From contig CAWFAD010000005.1 in the NCBI GenBank assembly GCA_963813815.1, positions 1-64,000 on the forward strand: 64,000 nucleotides of DNA, written 5' to 3'. This DNA is from an uncultured bacterium (lineage in GTDB: Bacteria; Krumholzibacteriota; Krumholzibacteriia; Krumholzibacteriales; Krumholzibacteriaceae). Below the pieces are notes generated by a model that searched no databases, was not told the origin of the DNA, and saw only the letters and a list, made by a program, of their open reading frames with translations. The number at the start of each line of letters is the position of its first letter. Position 1 is the stretch's first letter. The translations under genes were made by a program, and so were the position numbers. Shown piece after piece: positions 11,396 through 21,301 of this stretch.

Positions 11396-12691
11396 TCACT
11401 CGCCGCTGAATACGACCCTGTTTTTCCCCTCCTCTTTCGCGTCATAGAGAGCTTTGTCCGCCACGCGGAGGAGCTGGCTCTCGTTCTGCGCGCTTTCGGG
11501 ATAGATGCATCCCCCGACGCTGATCGTCACTTTCACTTTGCGGCCGTCCCCGATCGCGTGCTCGGCGCGCGCGACGACGCCGCGGATACGCTCGGCCGTG
11601 CGCCGGGCCGAATCGGCCCCGGCCCCCGGCAGAATGATCACGAACTCCTCTCCCCCGTAGCGGAAGATGAGATCGATCCGGCGGAGCGACCGGCGGACCG
11701 TTTGCGCGACGAGGCGCAGGACGCCGTCCCCCGTCTCGTGGCCGTACGTGTCGTTGACCTTCTTGAAATCGTCGATGTCGATGATGAGAAATGCGAAGCT
11801 GGAACGCGAGCGGTTCGCGCGCTCGATCTCGAGCGGGAGCTGCATCTCGTAGTAGTTCCGGTTATGCACCCGGGTGAGCCGGTCGATCGAGACCATCTTC
11901 TCGAGATGCCGATTGTTCTCGACCAACCGCACGATCCCCTGTCCGAGGAGGTGAAAGCTCGAGAGCGACGCGGCGTCGAGCGACTCGACGGGCAGGTGCA
12001 CCTCGAGAACGGCCCAGCGGATGTCGCGGGCGAGGAGCGGTATCAGCAGCACGGAAGCGGCGCCGGGAGACATGTCGAAGACGCTCCCCTCCGGCAGCGA
12101 ACCGGCGAGGCGGACGAGCGTGTGCGGCGCGCTCCCCGTGAGACAGTCGCGGTAGAATCCGCGCTTGAGCGCCTCGTTCTGCGGCAGGAAGGCCACCGAA
12201 TCCCGCGGCCATTCGCGAATCGAAGGCACCGTGTTGACGAAGAGCAGCTTCCCTCGGGCCCCCTCGACGATATGCCGGGCGAGCGCGAGAACCTCCTCGA
12301 CCCTTCCCACGATCGTCTTCGGCGAATCGTTGAGCGCGAGCGAGGATATGATGCCGGCGAGCACCGACGGGAGAATGCGATCGCCCGCTCCGCCGCGCCC
12401 GGTCACCGATCGCCATTCGTCGCCGCTCATCACGAGGCTGAGCCGCATCGCCTCCCGCGTGGAGCGGTACGTGAGGAGGGCGCTTCTCTCCGTCAGCGTC
12501 CGGCCGTCGCGACGGAACTCGCCGAGCGCGCAGAGGTCCTCGAGCGCCAGATACGCCTCCTTGACGCAGTCGAGACGGGCGCCTCCCGCGAGGGCGGCAT
12601 CGACCGCCGTCCGGCGGGCCGGCGAGAGAGATCGGCGCGGAATGATCCGGGAGAGAAGGTAACGGTAGTCTTTGTCGCTCTCGCGGTGCAT
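11396..12691 (-). CDS. Diguanylate cyclase (GAF-like + GGDEF)
   Basis: DRLTRVHNR, DIDDFKKVNDTYGH and RYGGEEF, with an RxxD I-site (RRID). Confidence 0.92.
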   Translation of the reverse strand: MHRESDKDYRYLLSRIIPRRSLSPARRTAVDAALAGGARLDCVKEAYLALEDLCALGEFRRDGRTLTERSALLTYRSTREAMRLSLVMSGDEWRSVTGRGGAGDRILPSVLAGIISSLALNDSPKTIVGRVEEVLALARHIVEGARGKLLFVNTVPSIREWPRDSVAFLPQNEALKRGFYRDCLTGSAPHTLVRLAGSLPEGSVFDMSPGAASVLLIPLLARDIRWAVLEVHLPVESLDAASLSSFHLLGQGIVRLVENNRHLEKMVSIDRLTRVHNRNYYEMQLPLEIERANRSRSSFAFLIIDIDDFKKVNDTYGHETGDGVLRLVAQTVRRSLRRIDLIFRYGGEEFVIILPGAGADSARRTAERIRGVVARAEHAIGDGRKVKVTISVGGCIYPESAQNESQLLRVADKALYDAKEEGKNRVVFSGE

Positions 12692-12818
12692 GGCTCGCCT
12701 TCTTCGCCCGACGGGGGTGCGGATCGCTCTTTCTCAACCTTAAGTATACTACAGCTCCCGCTCCCTTTCCAGCGAACACCTCGGACGCCGGCGGATGGGT
12801 CGCGGCGGCGACAAAAGC

Positions 12819-12847
12819 TTGTACGGGAATTCCCCATACCGTATATT
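12819..12847 (+). promoter_or_regulatory. Putative sigma70 promoter of mltD
   Basis: TTGTAC-N17-TATATT, ending 7 nt before ATG 12855. Confidence 0.55.
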
Positions 12848-12854
12848 GAGCCCG

Positions 12855-14749
12855 ATGCGTTCACTCGCTCCATCGATCCCCCTCCGCGGCATGGCGGCGC
12901 TCATCGGCTCCGCGCTGCTCTTCGCCGCGGGGTGCGGCCCCTTCGCCGCCGGTGCCGGGGGACCCTCGCCCGGCGCGCCCCAGGACCTCGACGGGCTCGA
13001 ACAGAGCCTCCACCATCGATATCCCCAGCTCGGACTGCTCGAGCAAAAGCTCGACCGCTCGTCGGCGCATTTTTACTTCGGCGAATACGAGCTGGCGGCG
13101 TCCGAGGCGCGCGATCTCGTTTCGAACGTCGTCGAGCTCCGGGCGGCCTCGCGCGACGCCGACCTGTGCGACCGTCTCGAGTATCTCGAGGAACGCGCCA
13201 TGAGCCTCCTGCAGCGCATGTCGGACGACGAAATCGAGGGGATGAGCAGCTCCGGCGTGACGGCGCTCATCGACTCGCTCGCCCGCACGACGGTCGTGGA
13301 ACATGAGATCGAGATCGAGTTCAACGCAAAGACGAACCACTGGATAGACTATTTCCGCGGAAACGGACGGAAGCATTTCGCGAAATGGCTCGCACGGGTC
13401 GAGGATCACCGCGGAGTCATCGAGCCGATCCTCGTCGAGGAGGGCATCCCCCGGGATCTGCTCTACCTCGCCGTGATCGAGAGCGGGCTCAACCTTTCGG
13501 CCCGCTCGTACGCGAAGGCCGTCGGTCCCTGGCAGTTCATGCAGGGCACGGCGTCGCTCTTCGGCCTCAGGATCAACTGGTGGATCGACGAGCGAAAGGA
13601 CATCGTCGCGGCGACCTACGCGGCCGCGAATTACCTCAAGTATCTCTACGAAATCTTCGGATCGTGGCCGCTGGCGCTCGCGGCGTACAATTCCGGCGAG
13701 CACCGCGTCGCCTACGCCATATCGCGCCAGCGAACGGTGGACTACTGGCGCCTCGATCTCCCGACGCAGACGGAATGGTTCGTTCCGAAGTTCATGGCGG
13801 CCCTCGCCATCGGCCGCGACCCGGAAGCGTACGGATTCGTGAGGCCCGGCGAAGCCCCCCCTCCTTCGACATCATCGAGGTCGACCGGCCCATCGAACTC
13901 CGCGCCATTGCGAAGGCCGCGGGCTGCTCCCTCGAGGACATCAAGGATCTCAACCCGCAATTCAAGCGATGGGTCACGCCCCCCGACATGGTGGTCGAGG
14001 TAAAGGTCCCCCGCGGCGCCGGAATCGCGGCGGCCGAGCGCATCGCGGACCTCAAGACGGCGAGCGTCACGACGATCGTGCAGCACCGCGTGAAACGCGG
14101 CGAGACGCTCTCGTCGATCGCCGCCCAGCACGAGGTGACGATCAAGGATCTCAAGCGGGCCAACGAAATGGGAAAATCGAACACGATCCGGGCGGGCAAC
14201 ATGCTGCTCGTCCCGGTCAAGGATCTCCAGAGATCGACCCGCATCGCGAGCAGGCCCTCCTACCGCTCCCCCACCCGTCTTCCCTCCCGCCCCTCGCTTC
14301 CGCTCCTCTCGGCGGTCGACGGGGAACGAGTCATCAAGCACGTCATGAGGCGCAACGACACGCTCGTCAAGGTCGCCGAGCGATACAACGTGCATCTCGG
14401 AGATCTGCGCCAATGGAACAAGCTGACTCACGAATCGATCCCGAGCGCCGGCGATACGCTCACGATCCGCCTCGCGCCGGAACGATCCTCCGCTGGCTCC
14501 GCGACGGGCGAATCGGTCTCCGCGGGCGGCGGGGCGCGCTCCGAAACCCGCGTCTCCGCGCGCGCCGCCGGGGCTCCCGGCGTCGGCGCCGAATGGCTCG
14601 TTCACGTCGTTCGCCGCGGAGACACGCTGAGCGCCATCAGCCGCCGCTACAAGGTCCGTCTGTCGGATGTTCTCGCCTGGAACGGAAAAACGAAGCGCAG
14701 CACCCTGCATCCGGGAGATCGCATCAAGATTCGCGTCGAGAAGAACTAG
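12855..14749 (+). pseudogene. mltD: MltD-like lipoprotein lytic transglycosylase with three LysM domains, frameshifted in a C7 run at 13855-13861
   Basis: Lipobox-like LFAAGC, LAVIESG, AVGPWQFM and ALAAYNSG in the first frame; LysM repeats (HRVKRGETL, HVMRRNDTL, HVVRRGDTL) in the second. A C8 run would restore the frame. Confidence 0.85.
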
Positions 14750-16017
14750 AGCCGCTCATCCCCCGCCACGTAGTACCCGCCGTCTTCGATGTCCGCGTCC
14801 GGAATCCGGCCGCCGTCGAGGGGACCGCACACGAGGCAGTTCGTTCCGATGCGCACGAGCGGTGGGATAATCGTTCTCTTGCCCACGAGCGTGATACCCG
14901 AATCGAGGTATCCGGGCTGCAGGCGGTTCGGGACGGAGGCGTTTCCGATACCGACACGGGCTCGCCCGCCGACCGCGCATCCCTTGTCCATGATGACGCC
15001 CTTCACGACGGCGCCCGCGTGGACGACGCAGTCGTCGAACAGAATCGAATCGACTACTTTCGCGCCTCGCTCCACCCTGACGCCCGGAGAAAGGATGCTT
15101 GATCGCACGGAGCCGTTTATGACGCAACCGTTGCAGACGAGCGAGTTGCGGAGATCGGCGCCGCCGCCCACGATGAACGGAGCCCTGTCGTCGGGAACGC
15201 TCAGAACGGGCGACCGACGGCTCTGGAGCTTGAGGCGGGGCTTCTCGGAAAGCAAATCGAGGCTTGCGAGATAGTAGCTCTTGATCGTGCCGATATCGAG
15301 CCAGTACCCCGTGTAGCGAAAGGCCGACACCTGCCGGCGGGAGACGAGGTGCGGAATGACGTGCTTTCCGAAATCGAGGCAGTCGTGCCGCGCTTCAAGT
15401 TCCTTGAGAAGCGATACGAGAAAGTCCTTTTCGAATATATAGATGCCCATCGAGGCGAGATTGCTTCTGCTTCGCTTCGGCTTTTCCTCGAACTTCGTGA
15501 TGTTGCCCCCTTTATCGAGGGAAGCGATTCCGAACTCGCTCGCGAGCCCGCGCGGGATTCTCACGACCCCGAGGGAAGCCGGCTTGCCGGAGCGTGCGTG
15601 GAAATCGAGGAATCCCCGGTAATCCATGCGATAGACGTGGTCGCCCGATAGAATGAGGATGCGATCGGCGTCGAGATTCCGCAGCAGCGGGAGATTCTGA
15701 AAGAGCGCGTCCGCCGTCCCCCGGTACCAATCGACCGCCTGATACCCGAGGTGGGGATGGAGCACGTGCAACCCTCCCGTCATGCGGTCGAGATCCCATG
15801 GCTTTCCGATTCCTATGTGCCGCACGAGAGAACGGGAAATGTACTGCGTGAAAACGTACACCTCGTCGATTCCCGATCTGATGCAGTTCGTGAGCGTGAA
15901 ATCGATGATGCGGTAGCGCCCGCCGAATGGCACGGCCGGCTTGGCGCGATAGCGGCTCAGCAGGCTGAGCCTCTTTCCCACCCCTCCCGCGAGTATGAAC
16001 GCGATCGTTTTCCCCAT
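14746..16017 (-). CDS. glgC: Glucose-1-phosphate adenylyltransferase (GlgC family), copy with canonical motif
   Basis: LAGGVGKRL, RAKPAVPFGGRYRIIDF, WYRGTADA, LSGDHVY, FEEKP, YWLDIGT and a C-terminal beta-helix. Confidence 0.9.
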   Translation of the reverse strand: MGKTIAFILAGGVGKRLSLLSRYRAKPAVPFGGRYRIIDFTLTNCIRSGIDEVYVFTQYISRSLVRHIGIGKPWDLDRMTGGLHVLHPHLGYQAVDWYRGTADALFQNLPLLRNLDADRILILSGDHVYRMDYRGFLDFHARSGKPASLGVVRIPRGLASEFGIASLDKGGNITKFEEKPKRSRSNLASMGIYIFEKDFLVSLLKELEARHDCLDFGKHVIPHLVSRRQVSAFRYTGYWLDIGTIKSYYLASLDLLSEKPRLKLQSRRSPVLSVPDDRAPFIVGGGADLRNSLVCNGCVINGSVRSSILSPGVRVERGAKVVDSILFDDCVVHAGAVVKGVIMDKGCAVGGRARVGIGNASVPNRLQPGYLDSGITLVGKRTIIPPLVRIGTNCLVCGPLDGGRIPDADIEDGGYYVAGDERL

Positions 16018-16019
16018 GG

Positions 16020-17213
16020 CTATCGCCGCCTTCCCACGGCCGCGTTGGGCTCGACGGCGCTGCCGCGCGGGACCGATGCTCCGGCGGCGATGCGGGATTT
16101 TCTGCCGACGACCGTGACGCCCTCCGCCGCGTCGCGACAGGCCCGCGTCGAGGCGCCCCGCGCCGCCCCCCCCACGCGGGCCCGCCCGCCCACCGAGACG
16201 AACTTGTCGAGAACGGCGCACCGAATGATCGCGCCGACGCCGATGCGAGAGAAGGAAAACACGATGCTGTCCTCGACGCGCGCGCCCCGTTCCACCGTGA
16301 CCCCGGGGAAGAGAATCGAGCCGCGCACGGAGCCTTCGATGCTGCAGCCGTCGGCGATGATGGAGTTCGAAACCCGGGCCTCCGGGGAGCAGCGCGCCGG
16401 CGGCAGGTCGCTCCCCCTCGTGAACACGGGCCGGTGCTGATCCGTGATGAGCGAGCGCCGGCCGAGGATCTCGAGCGAGGCGCGGTAGTAGCTCGTTATC
16501 GATCCGATATCCTCCCAGTACCCGTCGAACGGGTACGCGGCGACCGCCCCGCGCCTGATCGCCGGCATGATGATGTCGAACACGATGTCGACGCGATCGG
16601 AACCGAGGGCGCGCAGCAGGAACTCGCGCCGGAAGGCGTAGATGCCGAGCGAGGCGGATCGAAAACTCGACGAGGTCGGCTTCTCCCGAAAGGCCGTGAC
16701 GAGCCCGTCCCGCGAGCAGCGGACCATGCCGAAGCGCGAGCGCTGCGCGGCCGGCACGCGCTTCGTCGCGAGCGTCGCGTCCCGTCCGCGGGAAATATGA
16801 TGCTCCACCATCCGGCGGTAATCCATCTCGTACACCTGATCCCCCGACAGGACGAGAATCGTTTCCGCCTTCGAGTTCCGGATGAGATCGATGTTCTGAT
16901 ACAGCGCGTCCGCCGTGCCGAGATACCAGGTGGCCGCCTCTCCGTTGTGCGTCGGCTGGAGGATGGCCACGCCTCCGCTGCGGCGGTCGAGATCCCACGG
17001 GCTCCCCGTTCCTATGTGATCGATGAGCGATTTCGGCGAATACTGAGCCAGGATCGCGATGTCGGAGACACCGGAATGAACGCAATTCGAAAGGCAGAAA
17101 TCGATGACGCGGTAGCGCCCGCCGAACGGCACGGCGCTCTTGGCGCGCTGGCGGGTGAGCACGCCGAGCTCGGTACCGGTGCCTCCGGCGAGTATCAACG
17201 CGAGAATGTTCAC
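16020..17213 (-). CDS. glgC: GlgC/GlgD-like ADP-glucose pyrophosphorylase paralogue
   Basis: GTG start; LAGGTGTEL, RAKSAVPFGGRYRVIDF, WYLGTADA, LSGDQVY, FREKP and YWEDIGS. Confidence 0.8.
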   Translation of the reverse strand: MNILALILAGGTGTELGVLTRQRAKSAVPFGGRYRVIDFCLSNCVHSGVSDIAILAQYSPKSLIDHIGTGSPWDLDRRSGGVAILQPTHNGEAATWYLGTADALYQNIDLIRNSKAETILVLSGDQVYEMDYRRMVEHHISRGRDATLATKRVPAAQRSRFGMVRCSRDGLVTAFREKPTSSSFRSASLGIYAFRREFLLRALGSDRVDIVFDIIMPAIRRGAVAAYPFDGYWEDIGSITSYYRASLEILGRRSLITDQHRPVFTRGSDLPPARCSPEARVSNSIIADGCSIEGSVRGSILFPGVTVERGARVEDSIVFSFSRIGVGAIIRCAVLDKFVSVGGRARVGGAARGASTRACRDAAEGVTVVGRKSRIAAGASVPRGSAVEPNAAVGRRR

Positions 17214-17259
17214 GAAACCCCTGAATCCCCGATATCCGCCCGCCGGAGCCCGCCGCCGC

Positions 17260-18309
17260 TCATCGCGCCGCCATGAGGGAAACGCGATGCGTCGCGTCGA
17301 GCTCGTCGTGCACGAGCAGAGCGTAATCGAATCCGAGCGATACGTTCCACGGGCCGAAGTCCTCCACGAGGATGCCGACCCCCGCCGTGGGGCGTCCCAT
17401 GTCGTATCCCCCGCGCAGCGCCACGAGATTGCGGATCCGAAGCTCCACGCCCGCGTGCACGTCCGCGCTCGCCCGGCCGATCCAGAGCTGCGCCCCACCC
17501 CTGCGGTTCTCGAATCGGAAATCGCCGTCCACCGCCACGACGATCGTGCTCGTCAAAGACGGCAGATCGAGCGGATACGCGAAACCGAGCTTGAACGAGG
17601 GGTAGATGAATTCCTTCTCCCCCGTGCTCCATCCGATGTAGGTGCCCGTGGCGTCCTGCAGCTTTGCGCCGACGGCGAGATCCTTCCAGATCCCCCTCCG
17701 CAGGAAACCGATATCGACGCCGATCCCGAAGCTCGTGACGCCGGCGATCTGGTCGTTCCGGATGATCTTGACGCTCGCGCCGGCCGTTCCGAACGGGAGG
17801 CTCTGGGCGTACGATCCGAACACGGCGATGTCATTGGCGCTCTCGAGCGGATACTCCGTGTAATCGAAATTGATGTACTCGCCCTGATCCGGCTCGAAGC
17901 GGTCGTCCCCATCCGAGTTGCCGATCATTCCGGCTTCGAGCGGAATGACTCTGATGTCGTCGATCCCCATGTGAATGACCGACACGCCCCATCCCGAATC
18001 GCCGTTCCGCCCGGGGAACGCCGCCGAGAAGAAGTTGTAATCGATGAGATCGCCGAACCGCTCGGAGTGCATGAGGACGGCCTGCCACGACTCCGGCCGG
18101 GAGGTCGACGATCCGAGGGAGGCGAGTCCGGCCGGATTCCAGAAACACGTCGTCGCGTCGTCGGCGACGGCGATGAACGCTCCCCCCATCCCCATTGCCC
18201 GCGCCCCCCCTCCGAGCGCCATGAACTCGCCGGCGTATTTCGTCGCGTGCAGCCCCGACGGGAGAAGAACCGAGAGAGAGATGCAGAGGACGAGGATCAG
18301 CGCTCGCAT
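17260..18309 (-). CDS. PorV/PorQ (UPF0164)-like outer-membrane beta-barrel protein
   Basis: Signal peptide; GARAMGMGGAFIAVADDAT..WNPAGL signature; C-terminal LRGGY...DYA...THRVSL strands. Confidence 0.8.
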   Translation of the reverse strand: MRALILVLCISLSVLLPSGLHATKYAGEFMALGGGARAMGMGGAFIAVADDATTCFWNPAGLASLGSSTSRPESWQAVLMHSERFGDLIDYNFFSAAFPGRNGDSGWGVSVIHMGIDDIRVIPLEAGMIGNSDGDDRFEPDQGEYINFDYTEYPLESANDIAVFGSYAQSLPFGTAGASVKIIRNDQIAGVTSFGIGVDIGFLRRGIWKDLAVGAKLQDATGTYIGWSTGEKEFIYPSFKLGFAYPLDLPSLTSTIVVAVDGDFRFENRRGGAQLWIGRASADVHAGVELRIRNLVALRGGYDMGRPTAGVGILVEDFGPWNVSLGFDYALLVHDELDATHRVSLMAAR

Positions 18310-18393
18310 GGGTTCCTCCGATATCGCCAGGGGATGTGACGGTTTGACAGCCTGTATACAGCGGCGGCGCGTCGTCATATGAATCTCATTATC

Positions 18394-18422
18394 AGTATAA
18401 CAGGTGCGGCGCTGCCGCACAA
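18394..18422 (-). promoter_or_regulatory. Putative sigma70 promoter of the PorV-like gene, overlapping a GC hairpin that may terminate the upstream operon
   Basis: TTGTGC-N17-TATACT with extended TG; inverted repeat GTGCGGC/GCCGCAC at 18404-18420, just after the upstream stop codon. Confidence 0.5.
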
Positions 18423-18425
18423 TTC

Positions 18426-19904
18426 CTAATCTCCGCCCGTTCCGAGGCCGTACTCCCTGATCCGCCGGTAGAGCGTCCGCTCCGATATCCCGAGCTGCCT
18501 CGCGGCTTTGCGGCGGTTGCCCGCGTTCGAGGCCAGAGCCTCCCGTATGGCCTCCCGCTCCATCTTTTCGAGGTTGCGGGGCTCCTCTTCCTTTACCTCG
18601 ACGTACCCCCGCCATCCCGGCTGAGCGGCCGGCGGCTCCCCGCGCACGAGCCGGAGAATCTCCCGCACGTCGTTGTGGAGCGAGAGGAGCGAGTTCAGGA
18701 CGAGCTCGCGCTCGACCTCGTCGCGAGTTCTCCGTACGTGCACCGGCAAATCGGGAAAGGGCGCCGCGGTCGCGGTTTCCTTGAGGCGCTTCTCCACCTC
18801 GGCGGCGCCGATCGTTCCCTCGCGGCTCAGAATCGTGAGGTTGTCGACGACGTTGGCGAGCTCCCTCACGTTGCCCGGCCACGGATGATTCACGAGGAGA
18901 TCCATGCCCTGCTTTTCCACGCTCTGCACGCGCTTCGCGTGACGCCGGGCCGACTGCGCCATGAAGTAGTGCACGAGCACGGGGATATCCTCCGTCCTCG
19001 CCCTCAGCGGCGGTATGGCTATCCGCACGACCTTGAGCCGGTAATAGAGATCCTTGCGGAACTCCCCGCGCTCCACCGCGTTCTCGAGCTCGCGATTCGT
19101 CGCCGCGACGATCCTCGCGTCGGTATGCAGCCGCTGGCCCCCTCCCACCCGCATGAACTCGCCCGTTTCGATGACGCGCAGCAGCTTCACCTGCATGTTG
19201 AGCGGCATCTCCCCCACTTCGTCGAGGAAGAGGGTGCCGTGGTTCGCTCGCTCGAAAACCCCCTCGCGCCGCGCGATGGCCCCCGTGAACGATCCCCGCT
19301 CGTGACCGAAGAGCTCGCTCTCGAGCACCCCCTCCGCGAACCCCCCACAGTTGACCGCCTCGAAGGGGCGCTCGCCCCGCCGGCTCATGAGATGGATGGC
19401 TCGCGCCGTGAGCTCCTTGCCGGAACCGCTCTCTCCCACGATGAGCACGGGCACCTCGGTCGGCGCCACCTGCAGCACCGTCTGGAGCATCTCGCCGAGC
19501 GCCGGGGATCTGCCGACGATGCGCGCGGCGGTCTTCACCCGGCGCAGGGCGGCCGTCTCGGCGAAGGCCAGCGCGAACTCCTCCGCGTCGAGCGGCAGCG
19601 CAACGTACCGGTCGACGCCGAGCAGACGCTCGCGTTCGATCGAGCGCTCGTCCCTCGGGGGACCGAAAACGAGGCAGTCGAGGAAAAAGAAGGTTTTCTG
19701 CACGCGGTGGACGACGGTGAGGTAGTTCTTGAGCTTGCTCGTCGCATCGATCGCGAGGATGACGCCGCCGGGAGGCTCCTGCGCGGAGAGAACGTCGGCC
19801 AGGTTCGCGAACGCGCGGAGCTCGATCCCGCCGGACGCCGCTGCCTCGCGCAGCGCCGCCTCGATCCCGGGATCCTGAACCAGCGTCCAGAGAACCGGCT
19901 GCAT
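18426..19904 (-). CDS. Sigma54-dependent transcriptional activator with degenerate receiver-like N-terminus
   Basis: GESGSGKE, ESELFGHERGSFTGA, LFLDEVGE, FRKDLYYRL, WPGNVREL and a C-terminal Fis HTH. Confidence 0.92.
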   Translation of the reverse strand: MQPVLWTLVQDPGIEAALREAAASGGIELRAFANLADVLSAQEPPGGVILAIDATSKLKNYLTVVHRVQKTFFFLDCLVFGPPRDERSIERERLLGVDRYVALPLDAEEFALAFAETAALRRVKTAARIVGRSPALGEMLQTVLQVAPTEVPVLIVGESGSGKELTARAIHLMSRRGERPFEAVNCGGFAEGVLESELFGHERGSFTGAIARREGVFERANHGTLFLDEVGEMPLNMQVKLLRVIETGEFMRVGGGQRLHTDARIVAATNRELENAVERGEFRKDLYYRLKVVRIAIPPLRARTEDIPVLVHYFMAQSARRHAKRVQSVEKQGMDLLVNHPWPGNVRELANVVDNLTILSREGTIGAAEVEKRLKETATAAPFPDLPVHVRRTRDEVERELVLNSLLSLHNDVREILRLVRGEPPAAQPGWRGYVEVKEEEPRNLEKMEREAIREALASNAGNRRKAARQLGISERTLYRRIREYGLGTGGD

Positions 19905-19920
19905 ATCCCCCCTGCGTCCG

Positions 19921-21291
19921 CTATTCGATCCGGTAGAGCTTTATCTTTTCGCGGAGCGTCTGCCGGCTGATGCCGAGCACCCGCGACGCCTTCGACTTGT
20001 TTCCCGCCGACTCCCGAAGCGTGCGATCGATGAGGAGCCGCTCCATCTCCTCGATGCTGATCGGATACAGCCCGTCGAGCGCCGGCGCGCCGGCTGACGG
20101 GGGAACGGCCGCATCGCCCTGCGAGATTTCCGGCGGCAGGTGCGCCGGCAGGATCTCGTCATCGGCCTCGAGCAGCATGGCCCTCTCGATCACGTTCTTG
20201 AGCTCCCGCACGTTGCCCGGCCATGAATAGCGTTCGAGCTTCTTCGAGAGCTCCGGTCCCGCCTTCTTCACGCTCTTCTTGAATTCGCGGTTGAACGACG
20301 CGATGAAATGATTGGCGATCGGCACGATGTCCTCGACGCGTTCTCTCAGCGGAGCGAGCGCTATGGGAATCACTTTGAGCCGATAGTAGAGATCGTTCCG
20401 GAACCGGCCCTCCTCGATCGCCTTCTTGAGATCGCGGTTCGTGGCGGCGATGATCCGCGTGTTCACCCGCAGATCCTTGACGCCGCCGACGCGGCGGAAG
20501 GTCTTGTTCTCGATGACCCGCAGGAGCCGAGTCTGCAGCGTGATTCCCATCTCTCCGATCTCGTCGAGAAAGATCGTGCCGCCCTCGGCGAGCTCGAAGA
20601 GCCCCTTCTTGCGATACTTCGCATCGGTGAAGGCGCCTTTTTCGTGGCCGAAGAGTTCGCTCTCGAGCAGCGTTTCGGGAAGCGCCGCGCAGTTGATCTC
20701 GAGAAACGGCCAGCGCGGGCCGCCCGACGCCTCGTGAATCGCCCGGGCCACGAGCTCCTTCCCCGTGCCGCTCTCCCCATTGATGAGGATCGTCGTGGCC
20801 TTGCTCGCCCCGATCTTCTTGATCGTTTCGAACACGGCGGTCATGGCGGGGCTGCGGCCGATGAAGTTCTTGAAGCCGAAGCTCTCGCGATCGCGCTTGC
20901 GGATGTCGTCGAGCTCGGCCCGCATCGAGCTCGACTCGAGCGCGTTGCGGATCGAGATCTTCATCTTCTCGAGCTGAAAGGGCTTCTGTATAAAATCGTA
21001 CGCCCCGCCCCTGATCGCTTCGACCGCCGTCTCGATCTCGCCGTAGGCCGTCATCATGACCACGGGGACGTCCTGCTCGATTTCCTTCACCTTCCGGAGC
21101 ACGGAGAGGCCGTCGCCATCGGGCAGCTTGAGATCGAGAATCACGCCGTCCGGCGGATCGCTCTCGAACTTCTTGACCCCCTCCGCCGCATTCGGCGCCT
21201 CTTCGATTTCGTAGCCGGCCGCCTTGAGGGCCTCGCCGAGCGACCAGCGGATTGCCTTCTCGTCGTCGATGATGAGAATGCGCTTGCCCAT
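19921..21291 (-). CDS. NtrC/AtoC-family sigma54 response regulator
   Basis: REC domain (IIDDE, LDLKLP, MMTAY, QKP), GESGTGKE, GAFTDA, WPGNVREL and HTH. Confidence 0.95.
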   Translation of the reverse strand: MGKRILIIDDEKAIRWSLGEALKAAGYEIEEAPNAAEGVKKFESDPPDGVILDLKLPDGDGLSVLRKVKEIEQDVPVVMMTAYGEIETAVEAIRGGAYDFIQKPFQLEKMKISIRNALESSSMRAELDDIRKRDRESFGFKNFIGRSPAMTAVFETIKKIGASKATTILINGESGTGKELVARAIHEASGGPRWPFLEINCAALPETLLESELFGHEKGAFTDAKYRKKGLFELAEGGTIFLDEIGEMGITLQTRLLRVIENKTFRRVGGVKDLRVNTRIIAATNRDLKKAIEEGRFRNDLYYRLKVIPIALAPLRERVEDIVPIANHFIASFNREFKKSVKKAGPELSKKLERYSWPGNVRELKNVIERAMLLEADDEILPAHLPPEISQGDAAVPPSAGAPALDGLYPISIEEMERLLIDRTLRESAGNKSKASRVLGISRQTLREKIKLYRIE

Positions 21292-21301
21292 GTCCTCCCC
21301 T

